Part shown: positions 8,505 through 17,332 of the stretch, one piece after another
Position numbering within the stretch: position 1 is the first letter of the stretch
Layout: the number at the start of each line of letters is the position of its first letter
From: a virus
Lineage: Duplodnaviria; Caudoviricetes
Length of the DNA stretch: 64,000 bases
Direction: 5' to 3' (one strand)
IMG/VR virus record: IMGVR_UViG_3300031555_001437
The notes under the pieces: model-generated
Told to the model about the DNA's origin: nothing
The model's database searches: none
What the model saw: the letters and a program-made list of their open reading frames with translations, nothing else
Position numbers and translations under genes: made by a program

Positions 8505-8531
8505 TAAAAATAGAGTTTTAAGAGGTAAATT

Positions 8532-8747
8532 ATGAAATTAAAAGATATACTTCCAGACCATTACATAAAGATTCAAGCTAGAACTACCGATCCGTTTGGT
8601 GACGATCTGTTATTTGGGTATTGTCACTGGACAGGCACAGAACTTGTATCCGATGATGGGGACAGTTATTCAATCGAGGAAGAGATTGTAAAGTATGAGT
8701 TTGACGAATATGGTTTGGCTTATTGGTTTGAGAGCGAGTGGACTTAA
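8532..8747 (+). CDS. Hypothetical acidic protein
   Basis: GAGGT RBS from the last repeat. Confidence 0.7.
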   Translation: MKLKDILPDHYIKIQARTTDPFGDDLLFGYCHWTGTELVSDDGDSYSIEEEIVKYEFDEYGLAYWFESEWT

Positions 8748-8760
8748 AGGAGGCATGAAT

Positions 8761-8937
8761 ATGAAAAAAGTAAAAGTAATTTGCCCTAAGTGCGGTAATG
8801 TTATGATTTATAAAAATTATTTTGATTGGACTTTTCGAACTCTTATTCATTGGTTTAATTTTTTAGAATGGAGAGACTATTGTAGAACCAAGTGCTCCAA
8901 TTGTGGCGAGATTTCTTACATCAGAAGGGAGAAATGA
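8761..8937 (+). CDS. Zinc-ribbon protein
   Basis: AAGGAGG RBS; CPKC...CSNC. Confidence 0.7.
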   Translation: MKKVKVICPKCGNVMIYKNYFDWTFRTLIHWFNFLEWRDYCRTKCSNCGEISYIRREK

Positions 8938-8942
8938 CAAAT

Positions 8943-9212
8943 ATGGGACCAAGAGTAATTAGAATGAAACTTGATCAACTTGATGATTTTATCCGCAACA
9001 CCGCGCAGCCTGGAGATGTCGCGTTGGCAACAGACCCACGAACTGAGTGGGAGTATATGTGCGTTTGTAAAAAAGACCATATTAGCGGAAAAGCAAAGCC
9101 GTATTGGACCAGGGTTGATACGAGAGCGTTGTGGAAGGCTTACTTTGCTAACATGACGTTAGAGCAAAAGGTTGATTTTTTGATTGATGAGTATATTGAT
9201 AAGCACTCGTGA
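8943..9212 (+). CDS. Hypothetical phage protein
   Basis: GGGAG RBS; packed ORF. Confidence 0.6.
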   Translation: MGPRVIRMKLDQLDDFIRNTAQPGDVALATDPRTEWEYMCVCKKDHISGKAKPYWTRVDTRALWKAYFANMTLEQKVDFLIDEYIDKHS

Positions 9213-9514
9213 GGTTGATGTGTATGGGATTTAATATTGAAGGGTTCGAAAAGTGGCTTAAAAGAGAGATGAAACGCATGTGGCGTGAAGATGTGAAGAT
9301 GCTTGAAGACCTTGGACCAATTACCCTTTCGATGAATGATGGTGCAACAATATCAAACAATGAAATTTACGTCGGCGGACAAAAAATCCAAACGCTTCCA
9401 GGTGGTATGAACAACGTCTCTATCATTAACAATCGAGTTTATGTTGATGGTTACGAATATAAAAATGGCACATGGAAGAAGACCTTCGCGGCGTGGTGGC
9501 ACAAATATTTTTAA
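9209..9514 (+). CDS. Hypothetical phage protein
   Basis: GAGGT RBS; last gene before the non-coding gap. Confidence 0.65.
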   Translation: MRLMCMGFNIEGFEKWLKREMKRMWREDVKMLEDLGPITLSMNDGATISNNEIYVGGQKIQTLPGGMNNVSIINNRVYVDGYEYKNGTWKKTFAAWWHKYF

Positions 9515-9646
9515 AAACCAGAGACTACTTAAGTAAAACTTCAATTCTTACGCAGTGTCCCTACCAACTACATACCCTTATACTCAAGCTACTAAAACTG
9601 ACAACTACTTAGTTGTAAACAAACTGTAAATAATTTACAGCGTATC

Positions 9647-9675
9647 TTGACAAATTGCTCATCTTATGTTATAAT
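9647..9675 (+). promoter_or_regulatory. Consensus SigA promoter with extended -10
   Basis: TTGACA 9647-9652, 17-bp spacer, TG-n-TATAAT 9667-9675. Confidence 0.9.
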
Positions 9676-9710
9676 ATCTCCAGTAACACGACAGAATGAA
9701 AGGAAATGGT

Positions 9711-10262
9711 ATGGACTTAGTTAATATAAGTAAGTTTGTTAGTCTGATACTTCGTCACAAGCCAGAGGTTATCGGTATATCTCTTGATAAATACGGATGG
9801 GCAAATGTTGATGAATTGGTGCGTGGTATTCAAAGCAAATATCCTGGTTTCACAAAATTCCACCTAGAAGATATAGTTGCGAATGATGATAAGCAAAGAT
9901 ATTCATTTAGTGATGACAAACTGTGTATAAGAGCAAATCAAGGTCACTCAATTAATGTAGATGTTGAACTCAAAGAGGCGCAGCCGCCAGAGTTTTTGTG
10001 GCACGGCACTGGTCAAAAATACGTGCAAAGTATCTGCAACAGTGGATTATTGTCTAAGTCAAGACTATATGTTCATTTGTCTGCAGATATGCGTACTGCC
10101 ATCAATGTCGGCAAGAGACATGGCGATGTTGCACTGTTTAGGGTTGACGCTGAGCAAATGTACAAAGACGGATTCAAGTTTTATTTATCTAATAATGGAG
10201 TATGGTTAACCAAAGAGGTCCCAGTTAGATATCTTGGTGGGACAATTGTGGTAAAGGAATAA
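9711..10262 (+). CDS. kptA: RNA 2'-phosphotransferase (Tpt1/KptA family)
   Basis: SLILRH, DDKQRY, IRANQGHS, LWHGT, RLYVHLS and NGVWLT motifs all present. Confidence 0.93.
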   Translation: MDLVNISKFVSLILRHKPEVIGISLDKYGWANVDELVRGIQSKYPGFTKFHLEDIVANDDKQRYSFSDDKLCIRANQGHSINVDVELKEAQPPEFLWHGTGQKYVQSICNSGLLSKSRLYVHLSADMRTAINVGKRHGDVALFRVDAEQMYKDGFKFYLSNNGVWLTKEVPVRYLGGTIVVKE

Positions 10263-10287
10263 AATATGGATGAAGAGGTATAGTGTT

Positions 10288-10683
10288 ATGGGTTTAGATA
10301 ATAGTATTGAGGTAAAAAGGACGCCAACTTCTGAGATAATCGCAGAGCTACAGCAATTTCAGTATTCGTGGGATAAAAATAACACGCTGCCATATGAGTT
10401 GGCGTATTTTAGGAAGTGTTGGAATGTCAGAGGTGCGATTATTGAGAGTATCGAAGGCGGATTCAATGATAACGGAGAAACGAAGTTAACCAAGGAAGAT
10501 GTTCGTCGTATTATTGTAGCACTTAAGGCGTTTAACGCGGACAATTGGGATAACGGCCTTGGTTCTATTTGGGACTGGGAAGATCAAGAGCCGCACATAC
10601 AACGATATATTGGCAATCTTGAGTTGTTGGTTGAGCTCATGGAACATAATGATTTGGACGTTGTCTTTTATGACAGTTACTAA
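10288..10683 (+). CDS. Hypothetical phage protein (MGLD...YFRK...FYDSY type)
   Basis: GAGGT RBS before MGLD. Confidence 0.75.
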   Translation: MGLDNSIEVKRTPTSEIIAELQQFQYSWDKNNTLPYELAYFRKCWNVRGAIIESIEGGFNDNGETKLTKEDVRRIIVALKAFNADNWDNGLGSIWDWEDQEPHIQRYIGNLELLVELMEHNDLDVVFYDSY

Positions 10684-10692
10684 GGAGGCACC

Positions 10693-10935
10693 ATGAATAG
10701 TTTAACTATTTGCAGAGAGAACTATGAGTCTCAGGATGAGTTTGAGAATGCAATCAAGAAGGCGGTAATGTTGCTGCTTGAGGCGAGATATATTATGACG
10801 GTTAGATATGACGAGCCTGGTCTCGGCATTGTGTGCATTAATTTTGAGACAGATAGGCAAGAATGGGGATGCCCATACCCGTATTGGTTGACGCCTATAG
10901 AGTTTGAAAGTGTGACGTATGACAAAGACAGATAA
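10693..10935 (+). CDS. Hypothetical phage protein
   Basis: AAGGAGG RBS. Confidence 0.7.
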   Translation: MNSLTICRENYESQDEFENAIKKAVMLLLEARYIMTVRYDEPGLGIVCINFETDRQEWGCPYPYWLTPIEFESVTYDKDR

Positions 10936-11368
10936 TAAAGAGCTTATAGAGAGATATCCGTATCTGCTTCCGCGCAACGTTTGGACGGACAAAGTTGACG
11001 ATGATTATGATTATTCTTGGACGTTAGCAGATCAAGCGCCAGATGGTTGGCGAGAATTGTTTTTGCAGATGTGCGAGGAAATTAGAGAGCCGTTAATCGA
11101 GGCAAATTATCTCAACGAGTTTAGATTTTCGCAAATCAAAGAGAAATTTGGCACGTTGAGGGCATACTCGTTTGGCGCACCACGAGAGGTTCACAATATT
11201 ATTTCAAAATATGAGCGCATGTCTGCTCGTATGTGCATCAAGTGTGGAGCCACAGCGACAAAAATATCTCGCGGATGGATATCTCCTTGGTGTGAAGAGC
11301 ATGCGTCGCTAATTAATGACGACATGATTGATATTGATGAGTGGTTTAAAGAGGAGGAAGAATTATGA
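10919..11368 (+). CDS. Hypothetical phage protein (QIKEKFGxLR family)
   Basis: GW...QIKEKFGTLRAY...CIKCG...C motif. Confidence 0.75.
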   Translation: MTKTDNKELIERYPYLLPRNVWTDKVDDDYDYSWTLADQAPDGWRELFLQMCEEIREPLIEANYLNEFRFSQIKEKFGTLRAYSFGAPREVHNIISKYERMSARMCIKCGATATKISRGWISPWCEEHASLINDDMIDIDEWFKEEEEL

Positions 11369-12183
11369 ATGAAGAGCATGGATATGGTGCCGTATTATCA
11401 GCGCCCGATGTGAGAGATTATGTTGCGATGGCGGTTAAAGGAGATTTTCCTGCCGAATTTGAGTTGGATATGCCAAAGGTCAAAGATCAGGGTGTTACTA
11501 GCTCATGCGTCGCCCACGCGTTGTCTACAATTGTAGAGTATTTTGTTCACAAAGAAACTGGCAAAGACGCAGTAATGAGCACTGGTTACATTTATGGAAA
11601 CCGCAGATTGACAACTCATTCAAAAAAGGGATTGATTACACGAGATGCAATTAAAACCGTTGTTGAGTATGGTGATGTTCTTGACGTTGAGTTTCCGCTC
11701 AATGTAGAGGTTCCTTATGCTATTGATAAATTTGAAGAGAAGGCAGATGAACTTTTCAAGACTGGACGTCCTTTTCGATTCAAAAAGTACTTTCAATTAA
11801 TGAATCAAAACGCAATCAAGGCGTCTATTATGGTAAATGGTCCAGCATTGATGGCTATGAAGTGGTATGACGGTATTCGGATTAGAGATGGCGTTATGAA
11901 TTTAGACAAAGCTAAAACATCCTACAAATATTCACACTGTATGGTTATTTATGGTTGGAATGAAATTGGGTGGAAGGTACAGAACTCCTGGGGCCCATTA
12001 TGGTCGGATAATGGTCGTGTAATTATTCCGTATGACGCTCCTATTCGAGAAGTTTGGGGCATTACAGATGAAGATACGTGTGGTGATTTGACTATTAAAA
12101 AGCCATTTAGTAGCAAAGTTGGGGCTACTGTTGCAAAAGTTTTAAATTTCGTTGCGTCGATTTTTTATAATCTGAAAGGGTGA
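11365..12183 (+). CDS. Papain-like cysteine peptidase (C1 family)
   Basis: VKDQG..SSCVAHA (catalytic Cys), HCMVIYGW (His), QNSWG (Asn). Confidence 0.9.
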   Translation: MNEEHGYGAVLSAPDVRDYVAMAVKGDFPAEFELDMPKVKDQGVTSSCVAHALSTIVEYFVHKETGKDAVMSTGYIYGNRRLTTHSKKGLITRDAIKTVVEYGDVLDVEFPLNVEVPYAIDKFEEKADELFKTGRPFRFKKYFQLMNQNAIKASIMVNGPALMAMKWYDGIRIRDGVMNLDKAKTSYKYSHCMVIYGWNEIGWKVQNSWGPLWSDNGRVIIPYDAPIREVWGITDEDTCGDLTIKKPFSSKVGATVAKVLNFVASIFYNLKG

Positions 12184-12189
12184 TAAAAG

Positions 12190-12432
12190 TTGACCTGGTT
12201 AATATTTGTATCAATCATTATATCCTTTGTTCTGGTTATGGCAGGCGACAAGTTATCCAACAAGTTTACCGTGTTTTTGGCGGTTTGCCTTACGGTCTGT
12301 GTTGGTATGGTGTTGTTGTTATTAATTTTTAGTAAGTTGGACTATATATTGCTGCATTGTGTGTGCATGGTTGCGGCAAACAATGTTGCTAGCGTAGATG
12401 AAATGATGCACAACGTTGCTCAGTTCGTATAA
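12190..12432 (+). CDS. Small membrane protein
   Basis: Two hydrophobic segments; TTG start. Confidence 0.5.
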   Translation: MTWLIFVSIIISFVLVMAGDKLSNKFTVFLAVCLTVCVGMVLLLLIFSKLDYILLHCVCMVAANNVASVDEMMHNVAQFV

Positions 12433-12446
12433 ATCAGAAAGGAAGA

Positions 12447-12728
12447 TTGAGCGTGATGCGGAAAATTTGTATTGGAGTTAGATTAACTCTTGAAGAAAAA
12501 GAAACGATGTTGCAGTATGATGCTTCGGATAAAAAATGGACAATTGACACAACTGTATTGAGGCATTATAACAAGGCAAAGCGCCAAGGCTGGACGCAGT
12601 TGGTAGAATATGTGTATGACGATGGTTCTGTGTGCGGCGGAGTTTTTGAAGCTCCAGATTATGCAGTGACTATTCGTAGTACTATTAAAAAACAGATGTC
12701 AGACAAACAGATGTTGAATTTGGGTTAA
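12447..12728 (+). CDS. Hypothetical phage protein
   Basis: RBS; EKET...W...TT..RH pattern. Confidence 0.65.
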   Translation: MSVMRKICIGVRLTLEEKETMLQYDASDKKWTIDTTVLRHYNKAKRQGWTQLVEYVYDDGSVCGGVFEAPDYAVTIRSTIKKQMSDKQMLNLG

Positions 12729-12751
12729 ATTTACGAAGGTGGTGGTAAATC

Positions 12752-15526
12752 TTGAAATTACAAAAAACGCATATATATGCGCTGAAGCTGCACAGCAGTT
12801 TACTGGACGACTATAAATGGAATTATTCCACCACGATAGAGGAGCTGAGAAGAGGATCTTGCGCTGTCGTCAGTCTAAACGACAGCCAGGTTCTCAGGTG
12901 GTTGGCGAAGATTAACGGCACGGAGAACTCAGATGCGATAGCTAAGGTTATCAAGTCTGAGATTCGAAGACTAAAAAGAGAGCCGTCTACAAAAGAGAAT
13001 AAGCGTTTAATCAGTGAAAAATATAAGCAGCTCTATAAAACACGCTTCACAACCGACTATATGATGGTTGTTTTTGATAAAAAATCTCACTACGACAAGG
13101 CGCGCAAAGGGTTTACAATCACGGTTGACGGCGTGACGACAACTTATCGTAGATTTATAGGCACAGCGAATTCTATCAAGAAGAATACTATTATTTTTGT
13201 GAATGTTGAGGTATACGACCGTCTCATGTGGCACATGAACAACGGTCGTAACATGAGTAAGCCCGCTGTGCCTGCAAAATTGGAGGCGTATCTTTCTTTG
13301 GCGTGCTCTGGAAGTATTCCGCTTAAGGAGTTTCCGAGAATTATGGTCGTAGATGATTGCATTACGACTGCTGTTGTTCCAGAATTGATACACTTGGATT
13401 ACACTGATATGAGTGTGGATGAGCCAGTTATGGAGCTAATGCGTGACCAAGAGATAGAAATTAATGGGTCTGATGGCTTTGGTCTTATGACGCCAGAGTT
13501 TTCGCGCAGGGTAAATGCAGAACTGGGTGGAGACCCTGCTGAGTGCGTGACTTTTAACTCTCGGTGTGCGTTTGTTAAGGGCATGTTAGTGCCGTTTGAC
13601 TTCGTAGCTTTTGCTGAGCAAAAGGCAAATGGCGACTATTGCGTCAAAGACGCATGGGGAGCCATGAGAGATATTAGAGAATATGATGTAATTTTGACTG
13701 TTTCCATGTTGAAGTTATGGGACAGTTACGCCTCTTGTGAAGAATATGTTCGCAATTGCCACGAACATGATTTTGATTTTTGTGTTGCAAAAACTGCGCC
13801 ACATGTTTTGGACTCGCAGCAAACATCTAACTATCAGTTCTTGCAAGATTTCACAAATTTAACCGATGATGACATTGATGAACTTGTAGCTCCGACCGTC
13901 AAACACATTAAAGATGCTCTTGGCTTAGATTGGCGCAGATTATTGATGTATATGTGCGGCAAGGGCTTGGACGAGACTACTTATCAATATGCAGAACCCA
14001 TAGCTCGTGCTATCATGGCGTGCCCAGATATCATTAATGACAAATATATTAGAATGCGCATCGAAAAGATGATTGCAAAGAGTATCAAGGACGCTAAAAT
14101 TGGTGTGCTTCAGTTTCATGGCAACTTTCAGATCATCACTGGAGACCCATATTGTTTGGCTGAGTCTATTTTTGGACTTCCAAAGGTTGGTTTGCTCAAA
14201 GGCGGAGAGGCGTATAGTAAATATTGGGTTGACCGCGGGGTTGATTTGGTAACTGCGTTCCGTGCCCCAATGATTGTCCAGAATAACGTTGCGCAATTGA
14301 AAATTGTACACAATTCTGATATAGATTATTGGTTTCAGCATATTAAAAGTACAATTGTGCTGAATAATTTTAGTGACATTTGTATGAGAGAGTGCGGATG
14401 TGACTACGACGGCGATACATTTATGACTACAGACAACAGAGTGTTGCTGAATAGATATCGTCATTTGCCTGCTATCGATTGCGTTTCGAAGAAGCCAGAT
14501 AAGATTGTACCTACTGAAAGCGACTTTATTGCAAGTGAGAAACGCGGATTTAACGACCAAATTGGCGCCATAACCAACAAAGGAACTGGTCAGAAGAATA
14601 TGCAAGCCGCGTATGCAGATGGAACTGAAGAGAGTGACATTCTTGCGTATCGTGCAATTTGTTGTGTGCAGTTGCAGCAGTCGGAGATTGATGCTGTCAA
14701 AGGAGCATGGAGCAGACCAGCTCCTAAACACTGGTTTGATTATAAGTCGAACATAATTTCTGATGAAGACGACGATGAAATCGTCAAAACAAAAGAGCTA
14801 AACCAGAAATTAGTAGCTAAAAAGCCGTATTTCTTCATTTTTAACTACGATTATTTGCATAAAGAGTACACAAAATACATTAAAAACGTCAGTGCAAACT
14901 CACAGTTGCGGTTTGGTATTACGCTCGACGAGCTGCTGTCAAAAGCAGAACATTCGGACTTAGAGCGCGAATTTATTGATAATTATTATAAATATTTGCC
15001 AGTTGATAGCTCTCCTGGTGTAATAAATAGAATTTGTTGGAAGATAGAGGATGAATTTAAGGATACAGACGTACTGCCAGATGCTAATTTTGACTACCAT
15101 GTATTGACTTCTAATGCAACATATACAAAAGCAGAATTTGCGGCGGTTGAGGCTTTGTATTCAGAGTATATCCACACGGTTCGAAGCATAAAAAAGCAGT
15201 ATGCGCAAAAGCAAAACGACGTTGCAGACAATGATATGACCGCTGATTTGTATGTTGTTAAAGAGGCATGGAGAGAAAAATGCCTGTCCGTATGTAATAA
15301 CGAGAAGGTTTTGACGAACATTTTATTGGAAATTTGTTATAATTCAAACAATTCGAAGGCGATTGTGTGGGATATTTGCGGCGAGCAGATTGTAATGAAC
15401 TTGCTTGAGAAGAATGGCGGAGTGTTTAAGTTTCCCAGTCGTAACGCGGATGGAGACATTGAGTTTGACGGAGAAAAGTTTGCTATAAGTGAGGTGAAGT
15501 TTGATGAAGAATGTGACGTTCAGTGA
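12752..15526 (+). CDS. yonO: Single-subunit two-barrel RNA polymerase, YonO-like (related to eukaryotic RdRPs)
   Basis: 924 aa; SDGFG, KGML, FRAP and catalytic CDYDGD (DxDGD) motifs; position upstream of HU/terminase as in SPbeta. Confidence 0.85.
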   Translation: MKLQKTHIYALKLHSSLLDDYKWNYSTTIEELRRGSCAVVSLNDSQVLRWLAKINGTENSDAIAKVIKSEIRRLKREPSTKENKRLISEKYKQLYKTRFTTDYMMVVFDKKSHYDKARKGFTITVDGVTTTYRRFIGTANSIKKNTIIFVNVEVYDRLMWHMNNGRNMSKPAVPAKLEAYLSLACSGSIPLKEFPRIMVVDDCITTAVVPELIHLDYTDMSVDEPVMELMRDQEIEINGSDGFGLMTPEFSRRVNAELGGDPAECVTFNSRCAFVKGMLVPFDFVAFAEQKANGDYCVKDAWGAMRDIREYDVILTVSMLKLWDSYASCEEYVRNCHEHDFDFCVAKTAPHVLDSQQTSNYQFLQDFTNLTDDDIDELVAPTVKHIKDALGLDWRRLLMYMCGKGLDETTYQYAEPIARAIMACPDIINDKYIRMRIEKMIAKSIKDAKIGVLQFHGNFQIITGDPYCLAESIFGLPKVGLLKGGEAYSKYWVDRGVDLVTAFRAPMIVQNNVAQLKIVHNSDIDYWFQHIKSTIVLNNFSDICMRECGCDYDGDTFMTTDNRVLLNRYRHLPAIDCVSKKPDKIVPTESDFIASEKRGFNDQIGAITNKGTGQKNMQAAYADGTEESDILAYRAICCVQLQQSEIDAVKGAWSRPAPKHWFDYKSNIISDEDDDEIVKTKELNQKLVAKKPYFFIFNYDYLHKEYTKYIKNVSANSQLRFGITLDELLSKAEHSDLEREFIDNYYKYLPVDSSPGVINRICWKIEDEFKDTDVLPDANFDYHVLTSNATYTKAEFAAVEALYSEYIHTVRSIKKQYAQKQNDVADNDMTADLYVVKEAWREKCLSVCNNEKVLTNILLEICYNSNNSKAIVWDICGEQIVMNLLEKNGGVFKFPSRNADGDIEFDGEKFAISEVKFDEECDVQ

Positions 15527-16301
15527 AAAAAGAGATGTTGAAGCTATTATTGAGTCTGGAGTTGTAACGCAAGACAGCGTGGTAAGTGTTATTAGCAGTA
15601 TTGCGAAGTATAATTGTAGCGTGAAACATATGAATGACCAGGATAATTGTAACTTCATTAAGAACTGGCTCACTATCCATTACGCACATTATGTTGAAAC
15701 CGAACTTCATAGTGTAATTAGACAGAAAGTTGAAGCGGCTCATACTTATAGATTGCTAGAGAGTGATGATTTACTGATTTATCAGAGCGAGCTTGATGTA
15801 ATTGTGGCATCTGGAGATATACAAACTCAAAAAGTTCTGTTTGCTCTGTTGTGTATTGCCAAGTTACAAAAGAACTTGTTTGGATATAAAAATGGCAAGT
15901 ATAAATTCGCTTTGACAAATATTTTCAAGTTGGCACGAGTACATATTCCTTCCACAGAAAGAAATAAATTTATGCATGGTTTGTTGTCAAGTGGGTATAT
16001 TGGCGCTCCGTTTAAAGTAGACGACGAGCAAAGATATATTACTTTTATGTCTGATAACGAAGATGAACAACCAGTTATTAAGATTAATGAGATTGATTTT
16101 TATGAGTTGGCGTATGTATATGAGAACTGGAAGAACGGGAACAAAGGTTTTACTCGTTGTGAGTCTTGCGGCAGGTTGATTAAGCAAAGTAAGACAAAAC
16201 CAAGAAAATATTGTGAAGAATGCGCAAAAGATGCCGTTAGAGAAAGTTGGAAAGAGGCATCAAAGAAATATAGGGATTCAAAAAACAATAAAACGTCATA
16301 A
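15504..16301 (+). CDS. Hypothetical protein with C-terminal zinc finger, coupled to the RNAP gene
   Basis: CESC...YCEEC; GAGGTG RBS. Confidence 0.75.
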   Translation: MKNVTFSEKRDVEAIIESGVVTQDSVVSVISSIAKYNCSVKHMNDQDNCNFIKNWLTIHYAHYVETELHSVIRQKVEAAHTYRLLESDDLLIYQSELDVIVASGDIQTQKVLFALLCIAKLQKNLFGYKNGKYKFALTNIFKLARVHIPSTERNKFMHGLLSSGYIGAPFKVDDEQRYITFMSDNEDEQPVIKINEIDFYELAYVYENWKNGNKGFTRCESCGRLIKQSKTKPRKYCEECAKDAVRESWKEASKKYRDSKNNKTS

Positions 16302-16436
16302 AATTCTCACACGACAAAATGAATAGGAAAAACCTACGGAAATACGTGTTGGCCCTTTTTCTGTAGTTAATGGTAAGGAATAACACGGGTTTTACCTGTT
16401 GTATTTAAATATAAGCGAATCAAAAGGAGAACAATT

Positions 16437-17060
16437 ATGGAAGAACTAAACAAAGTATTGCAAGGAGCACAGGACGCAGCGCTCAGTTATCAGTTACCTA
16501 ATCCAGGATTGAGAGATTATTATCGCGACGAAGCAGAGAGAATTTATTGGGTGGACGATGAGATTACTGGCAACCTGCTGGACCTTGTTAAGATGATTAT
16601 TCGTTGTAACAAAGAGGACAAGGATATTCCTGTAGCTGAACGCAGACCGATCAGAGTATTTATTGACTCTCCTGGCGGCGATATTACTTCTCTGTGGACG
16701 ACAATTAAGACCATTGAGTTGAGCAAAACTCCAATTCACACGATCAATTATTGTGGATGTCATAGCGCAGCTGCTGACTTACTCGCTGCTGGCCACAAGA
16801 GATTTGCGCTGCCTGGCACTACAGCAATGATTCACAATGGTAGCTGTGGATTTCAGGGTCAGGTTGATGTGGTTGAGTCTACGAAGAAATATTATGACAA
16901 GCTCAGCAAGAGAATTACAGAATATTTCTTGGCGCATACGAAGGTCGACCCGAAGGTGTTTAAGAAGAAGGCGGCTTTCGATTGGTACTTCGACGAGCAG
17001 GAGATGCTTGAAAATGGGCTAATCGACGAGATTGTTACTGATTTAGATACTTTACTATAA
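16437..17060 (+). CDS. clpP: ClpP-like serine protease
   Basis: FIDSPGG, CHSAA (Ser), MIH (His), DWYF (Asp), GLIDEI. Confidence 0.88.
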   Translation: MEELNKVLQGAQDAALSYQLPNPGLRDYYRDEAERIYWVDDEITGNLLDLVKMIIRCNKEDKDIPVAERRPIRVFIDSPGGDITSLWTTIKTIELSKTPIHTINYCGCHSAAADLLAAGHKRFALPGTTAMIHNGSCGFQGQVDVVESTKKYYDKLSKRITEYFLAHTKVDPKVFKKKAAFDWYFDEQEMLENGLIDEIVTDLDTLL

Positions 17061-17069
17061 ATATGCTTT

Positions 17070-17096
17070 GCGGTGTGCGTTTAAACACCGCTTTAT
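17070..17096 (+). terminator. Hairpin after clpP (terminator or processing signal)
   Basis: GCGGTGT-loop-ACACCGC followed by TTTAT. Confidence 0.5.
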
Positions 17097-17172
17097 GGGC
17101 CCATAGCTCAGCTGGGAGAGCACTACCCTTGCAAGGTAGGGGTCGTGGATTCGACTTCCACTGGGTCCACCA
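17097..17172 (+). tRNA. tRNA-Ala(TGC)
   Basis: Cloverleaf GGGCCCA/TGGGTCC, anticodon arm CTACC-CTTGCAA-GGTAG, encoded CCA. Confidence 0.93.
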
Positions 17173-17253
17173 GGTAGCCAGTGTGAACGCGGGTTTGGCT
17201 CCGTAGTGCGGTAATGGGGAGAGGCGCACTTAAATATCCACTTTCCACCATAT

Positions 17254-17332
17254 GACGCCATCGTCTAGCCTGGTCTAGGACATCGCCCTTTCACGGCGGT
17301 AACTGCGGGTTCAAATCCCCATGGCGTTACCA
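17254..17332 (+). tRNA. tRNA-Glu(TTC)
   Basis: GACGCCA/TGGCGTT acceptor, TCGCC-CTTTCAC-GGCGG anticodon arm, CCA; irregular T stem. Confidence 0.88.

Larger units (their letters stand above)
7187..8526. repeat. Six dispersed ATAAAA-N6-TTTTAA(GAGGT) palindromic elements at consecutive gene junctions
   Basis: Copies start at 7187 (ATACAA variant), 7507, 7776, 8086, 8285, 8504; spacers TACGAA, GATTAG, TACGAA, ACAAAC, ATAAAA, ATAGAG. Confidence 0.85.

Noticed and set aside
7187-8526. CRISPR array interpretation of the regular repeats
   Set aside because: Intervals are 199-320 bp and protein-coding, the repeat is short with a variable centre, and no cas genes are present.
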